Position numbers and translations under genes: made by a program
DNA from: Amoeboradix gromovi X-113
Lineage: Eukaryota; Fungi; Sanchytriomycota
DNA: 32,000 bases
Assembly: GCA_018985225.1 (NCBI GenBank)
Contig: JADGIF010000032.1
Location: 24-32,023, forward strand
Reading direction: 5' to 3'
Notes under the pieces: generated by a model
The model's database searches: none
What the model was told of the DNA's origin: nothing
Seen by the model: the letters and a program-made list of their open reading frames with translations, nothing else
Shown here: piece after piece, positions 9,352-19,513 of the stretch
How positions within the stretch are numbered: the stretch's first letter is position 1
Layout: the number at the start of each line of letters is the position of its first letter

Positions 9352-10464
9352 CTGGAGTTGAGTTAGTTTTGAATAATAAAATATCACTCCTTGACAAGTT
9401 TGGGAAGCAAAAACTAGCAAGCTAGATCCTGTTTCCGAAATTGAACTCATCAATTTAAAAGCACTTAATTGTTGAAAATACAAACCCTACGGTTCTTTAA
9501 TTTATTTTATTCTCTGCACGACTTGGAAACTCACTCATCACAAATATTTTTCGAATTTTTACTTTTGCAAGGTTTCCACATTTGCACAAGTGGGCACGTG
9601 AGTGATTCATCAAAAGCACATAATTTCTCTATGCGATTGTTTGGAACAGCAGCTAATTTTAAATGCGTACATTAAAAAAGCTTCTCGGATCACGAAGGAT
9701 CTGCGAAACCCACTGTAAAAGTGGGATTTAATTTTTTTTGCAGAAGTATCCCATATTTTATTACATGCAAATTAGGAAAAAGAGTCTGTTATAGGTTATC
9801 CTTTGCCAATTGGACAACCATCATTTTTAAATAATCTTTAAATGAGTTGGAAATCTTTCTTGTTGCCTTTATGGCTTATTTAGAATTGAATGGCCGCTAC
9901 GAATGCTAATAGCCTTAAGACCATTTCTGAATGTAGAAAGGTAATTCTATCTCGACTAGTGATCTCTTTAGATTAACGCTCTCTTGCTAGTTTGATTTGG
10001 AAATTATTAACAGATAAATATATTGGAATCACTCTGACAAAATAACCTCATTCCCAAGTAGAGGACACACTTAGAAACCATACTAGGAATCTACCGTCTT
10101 CATGTCACCAGATAAAAAAGACTCAAAATGCTGCCTTGTTTGTGAACAAGACGAAATTACCAACATCAAGTCAGAATATGAAAATGGTTATCGGCTGAGA
10201 TATTGCAACATTTAACTGTCCTAATCAGCAAAGCTGTTCTGAAAGAGTTATTGCCAGTGCATTTTCATATTGAGAAAAGGCCTAAAGTCATACTATAGGA
10301 CTGGCACATCTTTGCGGATGATCCTCGGACTTAGAGTTGGGGCATTTTCTGAAATTGGACCCATCTGAGTTATAAACTGATGTAAGCACGATAAATAGTT
10401 TATTCCATAAAAACCGCTATGCGTTTCTAATCGTGCAATTTCAGAGGTGTTTCTTACATTGACA

Positions 10465-11193
10465 ATGTTCGAATACTCCTATGCTGAAGTTTGTATCGCA
10501 ATCGAGTTATACTCGCTGGTTATATCATTTATAACTGTTGCTACTAATCCTGGCTGCATTTCACATTGGCTCTGTTTGAAGACCTCAGTTTTCGGATTTA
10601 TTTCTGCAATGTCATACTATCTAATCACGCAAAATGAAAAAAGTCAACTTTATGTTTTAAGTTATTTGTGGACATTATTTTTATCCAATTTAACCCATTC
10701 CTACATCCCAGTCTTAAGATTGTGGTATCTCTGCGAGAAAAAGGAACAACGAATATTTTTTGCAGTTTTACCTGTTTGTTTGTTTTTTGGAGCATTTAGC
10801 ACTGCATACACAGAATATATTTACAAGAGCAAAGAGGAGTTTAGGTTGGAATGTAAGCGGCCCATTTTCCAGTTGCTCTTCTTTATTTCTCTCGTCATTG
10901 TTAGCCTGTTATGTTTGGTTGTTGTTGTGAAAGAGTTTAAAATGGCAGGTTTACCAAGATTATCACAGAGCTTGCGAGTTTTTGAGAAAATATCCATATT
11001 TTCACTGATTCTAGTCATTGCTATTGGGTGCGTTCAATCTATTCTAGTTTTACAAATCCTGGGTCAAAACAATTTTGCGTTTCTCACTCATATTTTGGCT
11101 TTTGTCTGTTCGATATCGCACGGAATGTTTGAACTTAACAGACAGAATAGTCGCCTGAATCGCTCAGTACAGTTCATGGAAAATTTTACTTGA
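10465..11193 (+). CDS. Orphan multi-pass membrane protein (about 7 hydrophobic segments)
   Basis: 242-aa ORF from the first ATG, with alternating hydrophobic stretches and short basic loops. Confidence 0.7.
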   Translation: MFEYSYAEVCIAIELYSLVISFITVATNPGCISHWLCLKTSVFGFISAMSYYLITQNEKSQLYVLSYLWTLFLSNLTHSYIPVLRLWYLCEKKEQRIFFAVLPVCLFFGAFSTAYTEYIYKSKEEFRLECKRPIFQLLFFISLVIVSLLCLVVVVKEFKMAGLPRLSQSLRVFEKISIFSLILVIAIGCVQSILVLQILGQNNFAFLTHILAFVCSISHGMFELNRQNSRLNRSVQFMENFT

Positions 11194-11232
11194 TTACAAA
11201 TAAATCATTTTACTGTACTCTCTAAACAAAGG

Positions 11233-12582
11233 ATGCTCAACATTTTGAAGCACCGCCTCGTAGAACCAAGCGAAAAGTACTGCGTGGATTGGCTTAAGAA
11301 ATACAAGGGTGTACCTAAATGCGTATATGAACCTAAAAATACTCAAGAAGTACAGGAAATCGTTAGATATTGTTTTCTACATAACTATAAAATTGTTCCT
11401 CAGGGAGGGAATACTGGCCTTGTAGGCGGTGCAATACCTATTGGGGATGAGGTTGTTATTAATCTTTCCAAAATGAACAGAGTCTACGATATCAATAGAT
11501 TCCAGAATACAGCCCTTGTTGATTCCGGAGTAATTCTTCAGCAGTTGGACATGGAATGTTCTAAGCAGGATCTAATGGTTCCATTAGATTTGGGTGCTAA
11601 GGGAAGCTGCCAAATTGGCGGTAATGTAGCTACCAATGCAGGCGGATTACGATATCTTAGATATGGATGCTTATCACAAAATGTCTTATCGTTAGAAGTT
11701 GTTTTACCAAATGGTGAGCTACTGCCCATGTCAAGTGGAATGAAAAAAGACAATACAGGCTATCATCTCAAGAATCTATTTGTTGGGAGCGAGGGAACTC
11801 TGGGGATTATTACCAAAGCGTTGATCCAAGTAGTTCAAAAACCCAAGTCTGTTCAAGTCGCTGTGCTAGCACTGAAATCTTATAGTGAAGTAGTCAGTTT
11901 ATTCCAACACGCTAAGTATGAGCTAAACGAAATTCTGAGCGCTTTTGAATTCTGGGACAAAGGATGTATGTCGCTAAATGAAAAATATTTGAACTGTAGA
12001 CAACCTTTCGACAAGCTATATCCATTCTATGCTCTTATAGAGACACACGGTAGTAATATCAAACATGACTTGGAAAAGATTAATTCCTTTTTAGAGAAAC
12101 ATATGGATGAAATAATAATCGATGGGGTCATAGCACAATCACATACAGAAGCCCAGGATTTATGGAGATTAAGGGAAGGAATACCAGAGGCATGCAACGC
12201 AAGGGGTAAGGTGTATAAATACGATGTTAGTTTACCCATTGCCAGTCTGTATGGTCTGGTAGAATCGACACAGTCTAGGCTGAGTTTAAATACGAAACAT
12301 TCATTTACAGATTGCGTTGGGTATGGGCACATGGGAGATGGCAATCTGCATTTAAATGTTTGTGCAAAGACATTTAATGATGATAATAAAACTTTGTTGG
12401 AGCCATTTGTTTATGAGTTTACTCAAAAACTTAATGGAAGTATTTCTGCAGAGCATGGTATCGGCCAAATGAAAAGAAATGCGCTGCATTATTCAAAAAG
12501 TAAAGAACATATCGATATGATGAAGTCCTTTAAAGCCTTGATAGATCCCAAACAGATAATGAATCCGAGTAAATTATTTTAA
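11233..12582 (+). CDS. DLD2: D-2-hydroxyglutarate/D-lactate dehydrogenase, FAD-linked
   Basis: VPQGGNTGLVGG, PLDLGAKGSCQIGGNVATNAGGLR, KKDNTGYHLK, GSEGTLGIIT, GHMGDGNLHLN, SISAEHGIG. Confidence 0.95.
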   Translation: MLNILKHRLVEPSEKYCVDWLKKYKGVPKCVYEPKNTQEVQEIVRYCFLHNYKIVPQGGNTGLVGGAIPIGDEVVINLSKMNRVYDINRFQNTALVDSGVILQQLDMECSKQDLMVPLDLGAKGSCQIGGNVATNAGGLRYLRYGCLSQNVLSLEVVLPNGELLPMSSGMKKDNTGYHLKNLFVGSEGTLGIITKALIQVVQKPKSVQVAVLALKSYSEVVSLFQHAKYELNEILSAFEFWDKGCMSLNEKYLNCRQPFDKLYPFYALIETHGSNIKHDLEKINSFLEKHMDEIIIDGVIAQSHTEAQDLWRLREGIPEACNARGKVYKYDVSLPIASLYGLVESTQSRLSLNTKHSFTDCVGYGHMGDGNLHLNVCAKTFNDDNKTLLEPFVYEFTQKLNGSISAEHGIGQMKRNALHYSKSKEHIDMMKSFKALIDPKQIMNPSKLF

Positions 12583-12962
12583 TGTTTTACCAAATCTAAA
12601 ATAGCAATGTCAAAACATGGCAAAGCATCCACACACATGTTAATAGTGGTGGTAATGATAACGACCTTATATCTGAATCGAATGATGGTTGTATTGAAGG
12701 TAAATTCGTGTCTTACCATTTGATGTGCGTCTAAATTTGTCAAATTATTTGGGTCTGATATTTTAAAAAACTTTGAATGTTTTAATTGATGATATTAAAG
12801 TCATAGAAAAATAAACAAAATCGAAGATTTACTAAATAATATCTTGTGTTTGTAGAATGTCGTTTTTATTGACTTAAACAATCTTACGATCGAGGAATTA
12901 GCGATTACACAATTGCACTCTTGTAATCTTATTGGCGGAAACCGTTGTCTAGTTTTTACATA

Positions 12963-13291
12963 TGGGACATCAAATATAAAAACTGGACTAACTTTCAGTA
13001 ACAACTTGGAGCATTACTTCAGCTTTATTACTTTATGGATTTAAGAGGCGAGTGGACATTTAGCTAGTTGCGGAGTTGACGAGTATAAAAGGAAAAGAGT
13101 ACCGTCTAAGAAAATGCACCTTTTGCTTAGATGCTCAAAGACCTCATATCTAGTTTTATTTTGAAGAGTGGATTGAAAGTAATGAGAGAAAATTGGTATA
13201 ACAGAAGAAGATCTTTTATTAATGATAGCATTTCCTCCGTATGGTGCACCTTTAAAAACGAGTTAGTCTAGTTTTTATATTTGGTGTACCA
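12963..13291. mobile_element. MITE-like element, inverted relative to 5457-5823
   Basis: TA-TGGGACATCAAATATAAAAACTGGACTAACT ... AGTTAGTCTAGTTTTTATATTTGGTGTACCA-TA. The internal TTTCCTCCGTATGGTGCACCTTTAAAAACG is shared with the other copy. Confidence 0.85.
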
Positions 13292-13716
13292 TATTTACTT
13301 GTAACATCCAGTTTATAGCCTCCTGTCATACACAGTTGTAGTCACCTTGACACAAGATAGCATTTTGAAAAGTTTAACTTCTTAAGATTAAATGCTTTCT
13401 TATCTTGACTTTTTGACAATTTACGACTAATTCAACGTTTGGTATCCCATATGTAAAGTGCGCAGTTAGAAATAATTTGTGTTAAAGAGGTTATTCCGCC
13501 GTTAGATTATTTAAATATGAACACCAGATGAGAGAAAACGTTAACCTCAGAAGATTAAAATGCTCCAATTGTTGTGATGACAGCCAGCGAGTACGGCTTA
13601 GCAAGTTGTGATAGAGTAGTACCTACTCAATTTGTCTACACTGCAGAAACGTGAACTCCGATTATTGGAGAACTTCGCATTTAACCTAGGCGTTGCTTAC
13701 TTGAAAATCACTCGAT

Positions 13717-14381
13717 TTACTGTATTTCAGGTGGTATAGACACTTGGAGCAGTGGTCCCAACAAGATGTAGAGTATCCTGGGAGCTTTAAAGAGTGCATT
13801 GCCTACGTTAAATACAAAATACGCTGTCCAACTGGGCTGTGCAACCTTGGATAAACATGGTTTCCAAACCAGTAACAATGTCCAACAATTAGCCCGATTA
13901 TATCATGCCATGGCACATGGTTTTGCAATACGAAAGATATGGAAATCATTATTATTGGATAATAACTAGCGTAAAAAGTGAACAACCCAAAGAATGAGAA
14001 AAGCAGCGAAGCATTAAGCCTGCTCCAAATATAAATAATCATAAATGAGAGGCTAAAAGACATGAATGGAAAATCTATAAAAATGTTTAAAAAAGTTAAA
14101 CTAACGCAGCCTAAAATCAGCATATACAGCACTTCTATGCTATTAAGAATCTCTTCTAATGACGTCATATATCTAATCATGAAGTAGAGATGGAACAAAA
14201 CATCAATACTTACACTTCCGAAATATAAATAGCTTGTAACAATTCGATATATTTGCAGTTTCTTAAATACATAAGTGTATTTAAACATGATTGTAATCGG
14301 GTTGAATACTTGCATTTGAACTAGTACAAACAGAATTGCTACACCGGCTAAGTAGCCCTTGGTTATTGGAGGCATTGCCAT
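13717..14381 (-). CDS. Derlin (Der1/Derlin-2-like), 2 exons (14381-13823, 13802-13717), 214 aa
   Basis: MPPITKGY, QIYRIVTSYLYFG, YIWSRLN, DIIGLIVGHCYWF. The spliced tail RNALFKAPRILYILLG resembles the Derlin LKTPxxL segment. Confidence 0.92.
13803..13822 (-). other. 20-nt spliceosomal intron GTATTTTGTATTTAACGTAG
   Basis: GT..AG with a TTAAC branch site; the ORF-track stop is the intron's TAG. Confidence 0.8.
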
Positions 14382-14932
14382 TTAAAGTTTAAAGGAGAAT
14401 CATTAGAAAGAATAAAATTGCAATGTAATCAAAAAATTCTGCAAACATTGAACAACATTGTAACCAAATTAGGTTCACAGAATTATCAGGGATACGTTAT
14501 TTATTGAATACCACGACGTGAATTATTGCATACGCATAGAAAGCTTAGCGTGATTCTGATTTTGATTCTATGTAGCGCCGGATCAATCTGATTAAATTGA
14601 GATAAGCGGCTATTAAATTTTATGATTGCTCAAGTCTCTATGCTGGATGTCAAGTTATCCAGTTACTTGGATTAATCATATTCCTCGAGTGTACACAACC
14701 TAGGTAAATATAATTTCAGCCTGTTGTTACCTGTAGGAATGGCAACACTTGGATTGTCGTTTCATGGTCTTTAATCACACCTCATACATTAAAACCACTA
14801 CATGATATACAATTAGCATGTAGCTGGTGAAAGTACGACGAGTAACTTTAAATTGACAGAAAATGATAGAGAGAAACAGAAAATCAAGACAGGGAAATTA
14901 AATAGATCTATTTGTCGGAGAAATGGTGGAAC

Positions 14933-15422
14933 AGCTCGATTGTTTTCTTGAATAAATCTTTTATTGCGAATTTGTATGCATTTTTATATAATTTCATAAC
15001 CTTTCCAATACCTTAAATACTCAATATTCTTCCTTTTTACAAATGGTAAATGGAAATAATGGATGTAATCTCGAATATGTCAAATCTAAAGAAATAATTA
15101 ACAGGCACAGCATACATTCATCAAAATTGAGAAACTGATCCAAAAATGGAACAATTAGATGTCTTTCAATGCCTAGAATGAGATGGACAGTAAAAATAAA
15201 CTTGTAGATCGTTTATTTAATAATTCTTGCTATTGGTCTTACCGAATATGCGACAATAGAGAGTATGTGACAACAAGGAATATACACAAATATATGTATC
15301 CTTATTCAATCCCGCCTCGGGGTAGTAAAAGCGTGAGCAATCACTGTAACCGAGCATCTGGCATTGCTAGTTTCTCTGTGGAAATTCTCGATTTCTTAGA
15401 AATCAGGACTTTTAACGAGGAG
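14933..15422 (+). mobile_element. Decayed non-autonomous IS607-like/Fanzor2 element, copy 2
   Basis: From ATG 15043: MVNGNNGCNLEYVKSKEIINRHSIHSSKLRN*SKNGTIRCLSMP (MerR-like HTH). Degenerate DNREYVTTRNI. Same ends as copy 1. Confidence 0.8.
15298..15422 (+). ncRNA. Candidate Fanzor omegaRNA scaffold (copy 2)
   Basis: CTCGG/CCGAG stem enclosing GTGA-GCAA-TCAC (15333-15344), plus a GATTTC-TTA-GAAATC hairpin; ends at the element boundary. Confidence 0.5.
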
Positions 15423-15698
15423 TCTATTTAAGTTGCTCTTTTTTGTAAAATTCATGAACTTACATCAGAAATGACCGCCACGATTTGAACCTGAAAAGAA
15501 TTGCAGAACAGCTGATTGTTTGATTTCAGCCCATGAAATAAGTTTAGTTTTAAATTCTAATTATATGTGTATACGCCTCGGTTAAATTTGTAGACCTGAA
15601 AGAATTCAGACATTTTGTTTATCAAGAGTAGATCAATTGAGCCGCGAATTCTTGATGGGGCAAAAAATTTAATAAATTTTTTTTCTTGTCTCTTCTCC

Positions 15699-17273
15699 AT
15701 GCAACAAGTAAAATCCGTGCCCTTTCAAGACCAAAAACCAGGAACTAGTGGACTACGTAAAAAAACAAGGGTATTCATGGAACCAAACTACACAGAACAC
15801 TTTTTGTCTGGGTGTCTGGACATATTAACGAGCTCTGGAGATTCCTTCCTAATTGGTGGAGATGGCAGATACTACAACAAGACTGTAATTCAAACCGCCA
15901 TCGAAATGGCCAGCGTTTATAAGAAACCTTTGACAATTTACATAGGCCAGAACGGAATTCTGAGTACCCCTGCTGCAAGCTACATTATTCGTAAAAACAA
16001 ATTGGCAGGTGGTATTTTATTGACGGCTAGCCATAATCCAGGTGGAATTGATGAAGACTTTGGCATCAAGCTCAACGGAGAAAATGGTGGGCCTGCTAGC
16101 GAACAAGTCACTGATTTATTGTTCAAGTACACCTTGAAAATCGATGGCTACAAAATTCATAAACGAGACCCCATTGACCTAGATAAGATTTCAGAATTAA
16201 AAATTGAAAATTTGACCATAAAAATAATTGATAGCACATCTGATTATTTAGATTACATGAAGACGATCTTTGATTTTAATTCCATTAGTAATTTCATCAA
16301 ATCTCAGAACTTTTCAATCCTGTTTGATGCTATGAATGGCGTAACAGGCCCATATGCGAAGTCTATCTTTAAATCTTTGGGTTTAGAGGATTGCACTATA
16401 CGCAATGTACCTCTGCCTGACTTCGGCAAGTCTCATCCAGATCCTAATTTGACATATGCCAAAGAGCTGGTTGACAAAGTAAAAGCGAACAAGATTCAGT
16501 TCGGTGCTGCTAGCGACGGTGATGGTGATAGAAACATGATTATTAGTTTTGACCAATTCGTAAGTCCGGGAGATTCTGTTGCTGTTATTGCACATCATCA
16601 TAAATGCATTCCGTATTTTAAAAACGGGCTCAAGGGAGTGGCCAGAAGTATGCCTACTAGTAAAGCACTAGATAATGTGGCGGAAAAGTTGAATTTACAG
16701 TGCTACGAAACGCCAACGGGATGGAAATATTTTGGAAACTTGATGGATGCCGAAAAGCTGAGTATATGTGGCGAAGAGTCCTTTGGCACAGGAAGCGATC
16801 ATATAAGAGAAAAGGATGGACTGTGGGCGATCTTAGCATGGCTAAGCATCGTTGCTCATACTGGCTTAAGCGTAAAAGAAATATTAACTGACTTTTGGAA
16901 ACAATACGGCAGATACTATTTTACAAGATATGACTATGAGCAAGTAAGTGCTAAGGATGCCAAGTTGATGATGGATCATATATTAACTTTAAAAGGAGAT
17001 GATTTTAAAGTAGATGAATTTACTTACACTGATCCGATTGACAACTCTGTTAGTAGCAATCAAGGTATTAGACTGTTGTTCAGAGATAAAAGCAGAGTCA
17101 TATTCAGATTAAGCGGAACTGGCTCAAGTGGTGCGACAGTTAGAATGTATGTGGACAAGTACGATAAGGATTACCTTTTATCAGATGCTTTGGATGGTTT
17201 GATAAACAGAGCATTAGATTTATCCAAGTTGCCAGAATATATTCATAGATCAACGCCAACAGTCATTACTTAA
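15699..17273 (+). CDS. PGM: Phosphoglucomutase
   Basis: DQKPGTSGLRKK, TASHNPGG, DGDGDRNMI, CGEESFGTGSDHIREKDGLWA, PTVIT C-terminus. Confidence 0.97.
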   Translation: MQQVKSVPFQDQKPGTSGLRKKTRVFMEPNYTEHFLSGCLDILTSSGDSFLIGGDGRYYNKTVIQTAIEMASVYKKPLTIYIGQNGILSTPAASYIIRKNKLAGGILLTASHNPGGIDEDFGIKLNGENGGPASEQVTDLLFKYTLKIDGYKIHKRDPIDLDKISELKIENLTIKIIDSTSDYLDYMKTIFDFNSISNFIKSQNFSILFDAMNGVTGPYAKSIFKSLGLEDCTIRNVPLPDFGKSHPDPNLTYAKELVDKVKANKIQFGAASDGDGDRNMIISFDQFVSPGDSVAVIAHHHKCIPYFKNGLKGVARSMPTSKALDNVAEKLNLQCYETPTGWKYFGNLMDAEKLSICGEESFGTGSDHIREKDGLWAILAWLSIVAHTGLSVKEILTDFWKQYGRYYFTRYDYEQVSAKDAKLMMDHILTLKGDDFKVDEFTYTDPIDNSVSSNQGIRLLFRDKSRVIFRLSGTGSSGATVRMYVDKYDKDYLLSDALDGLINRALDLSKLPEYIHRSTPTVIT

Positions 17274-17295
17274 TAAAACCGATAATTTTTCAAAC

Positions 17296-17502
17296 ATGTC
17301 TGCTCTTTTTAATTTTCAGTCGCTCCTAATGGTGCTGATGCTGCTTATATGCACGTGCACGTATATTAACACACAATTCAAGTTGTTTAATAGACAAGGG
17401 TATTTTGGAGTTTGTTGGAAATTATCGAGAATTGGCGAAAGATTAAGTCCTTTTGTGTCTTTAAGCTTAATCATTATGTCATTACATTTACTGATTTACT
17501 AG
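17296..17502 (+). CDS. KSH1: Protein kish (TMEM167)
   Basis: MSALFNFQSLLMVLMLLICTCTYI...WKLSRIGERLSPFVS. Confidence 0.95.
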   Translation: MSALFNFQSLLMVLMLLICTCTYINTQFKLFNRQGYFGVCWKLSRIGERLSPFVSLSLIIMSLHLLIY

Positions 17503-19125
17503 TTATATATCCTGCTCAAATAAATCCAATTCGTTAATTCGCTTCAGCTCTCTTGTTAATAAATTCATTTTGCGGTTTGCCATTGATATTTTTGTCCCCA
17601 CTGCTAAGTCCACCAATTTCAAGTACTCGCTACTCTTTTCTTTAAATATCTCACTTTCTACAAGCTGATTTTGTAGCTCAATTCGTTTTTGTTTTAAGTC
17701 GTCAAAAAGCATATCCTCATTCTCTACAACACTGAATTCTGTTGTAAATACCCGAGTATAGCAATTGCTTTGCTTATTATCCAGTATCAGCGTAATATCT
17801 GTAATTCGTTGTCTGATATCTGTGATATTTCCAAACTCATCATTCAAGATGGAATCTATCATACGGTGGAATTCAGTATATACCTTGTAAAACTCACAGC
17901 TCATAATCATAAGCTCTTCTATTATGAATGTTAGTCTATCAGTTATCAAGTACACTGTAGATATGGGCTCATCGTTAACTATGAAATTAGGCTCCATAAA
18001 ACTGCGTAAACTGCTGCACTCGTCAATTATACTCAGTGAAGCATTAAAAAGATTGTTTATTTTAAGACTTGTATACAGTGCATTGTCGCAATCTACTGAA
18101 CTGCAAGATACGGAAGAAGTTGCAGAATTACTAACAGGAGAAACTGGCTCAAATATACTGTCATTTTCAGTGGAATTTAACTGATCCAAATACACCTGAG
18201 GATTAGAAGAGTTGAGGTCTGTGTTTATACGCAAAATAGACAAAAAACGATGAAGCATCGGTTGTATTACATCACAAAAACGAATAACATGAGGGCTGTA
18301 GCTACTGCATAAATCGTTTAAAAGCAAAAGAAAATCGTCACCTAGAGGCACAATCAGATGTATAAAAGGATGAACAGATGAATGAATATTAGGGTAATTG
18401 GAAATCACTTGGCTTTGGGTATCTAAACGTCTATTTAGCAACAGCTTACAAGAATTATTAATGAAGTGCCTTTTGTATGAGGAGTAGGCCATTATATGAC
18501 CACAATCTGTACAAATATACTTGTTGACCTCGTAGTACTTTTTATCAGAATGGTCTTTACAGAGCTCCCTAGGAGTATGCATAACCAAGAAGCAATACCT
18601 GCAATAAACAATAACGTTGAGATCTGAAAAATGCTTGATTGAGCCAACGTTAGGCAAAACTTGGGAACTTCTGTTGTTTATCACATTTTGGAACATTTGA
18701 GGGTTAAGGTAGTCCCGATTCAATTTGGTACGTTTGGCTGGAGACCTATCCAGGCCTATATTAAGTCTTTTAGTAGGAGTATGCGGTACCTTTTTTATGT
18801 GATTTTCTGGTATCTGTTCAATTCGAGTTGATTTACGTTGCTTGTCTTTGCCTTTTCGTATGCTCAATACCTCCCTATAATATGGCTCATCTGTAATGGT
18901 GCAACCAGCAGGGTGATTTTTGCAGTATGTTTTCCAGCACGATAGCACTCCACAATGATTGCAAACTACATACTTATCTCGAGGGTGAATTTTACATTTG
19001 TTTTCAACTGGTGTTTTACAAACACTGCAAACTGGTGTGTAGCTGGGACCATTGAACTGATTTAATTTATAAACGAATGATTTCCCTTTAACTTTGAACA
19101 CTGACAAGTCTAACATATGGGACAT
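17503..19125 (-). CDS. Orphan protein with two Cys/His zinc-binding clusters and a C-terminal coiled coil
   Basis: Long open frame with two CxxC..CxxH..CxxCG..H..C modules and NLS-like PTKR and PAKRTK. Start chosen at MSHMLD (CTCC upstream); an alternative ATG lies at 19200. Confidence 0.75.
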   Translation of the reverse strand: MSHMLDLSVFKVKGKSFVYKLNQFNGPSYTPVCSVCKTPVENKCKIHPRDKYVVCNHCGVLSCWKTYCKNHPAGCTITDEPYYREVLSIRKGKDKQRKSTRIEQIPENHIKKVPHTPTKRLNIGLDRSPAKRTKLNRDYLNPQMFQNVINNRSSQVLPNVGSIKHFSDLNVIVYCRYCFLVMHTPRELCKDHSDKKYYEVNKYICTDCGHIMAYSSYKRHFINNSCKLLLNRRLDTQSQVISNYPNIHSSVHPFIHLIVPLGDDFLLLLNDLCSSYSPHVIRFCDVIQPMLHRFLSILRINTDLNSSNPQVYLDQLNSTENDSIFEPVSPVSNSATSSVSCSSVDCDNALYTSLKINNLFNASLSIIDECSSLRSFMEPNFIVNDEPISTVYLITDRLTFIIEELMIMSCEFYKVYTEFHRMIDSILNDEFGNITDIRQRITDITLILDNKQSNCYTRVFTTEFSVVENEDMLFDDLKQKRIELQNQLVESEIFKEKSSEYLKLVDLAVGTKISMANRKMNLLTRELKRINELDLFEQDI

Positions 19126-19513
19126 GCTCTGTGAAAAGAAGGAGTGCCCAAAAAAAAAGTAAGCAATTCTTGTAAAACCACTTGTGATAACTAAAATCAT
19201 CGCTTGCGCCTTCAAACTCAAGAAATGTGGAACTGATATATGAACTTATGCACATGCTTGCATCGGAAAGACATTTACTACGAGTATTAAATGCAATCAT
19301 GGGAAGGACAACATAAGAGATAGCAAATGAACATGACAAAAACGATGTTGAATACCGATAGCAAGCAGAGTAGCATTCCGGTAGCACCAACAAGAAGCTT
19401 GTCTGTTCTTTGGTAGAAACCCTTGGCTTTTGCCTGATTCTGAGTTTCAAATAAGAGTCGAGAAAACAAAAGAGCCGTTTGCCGTGTAAATCATATATGA
19501 TAATGTATTGGAT

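Noticed and set aside
11538-12344. Antisense or nested short ORFs inside DLD2, PGM, SRPR, XPG, PGS1, peroxidase, dehydrin and others
   Set aside because: They are shadows of well-supported genes with no recognisable motifs.
19120-19129. GGACATGCTC matches a p53 half-site
   Set aside because: It is part of the TIR motif, a single half-site, and nothing else supports p53-type regulation.
19088-19469. ORFs 19088-19450 and 19287-19469
   Set aside because: Non-ATG starts, no recognisable motifs and no convincing short intron linking them to neighbours.
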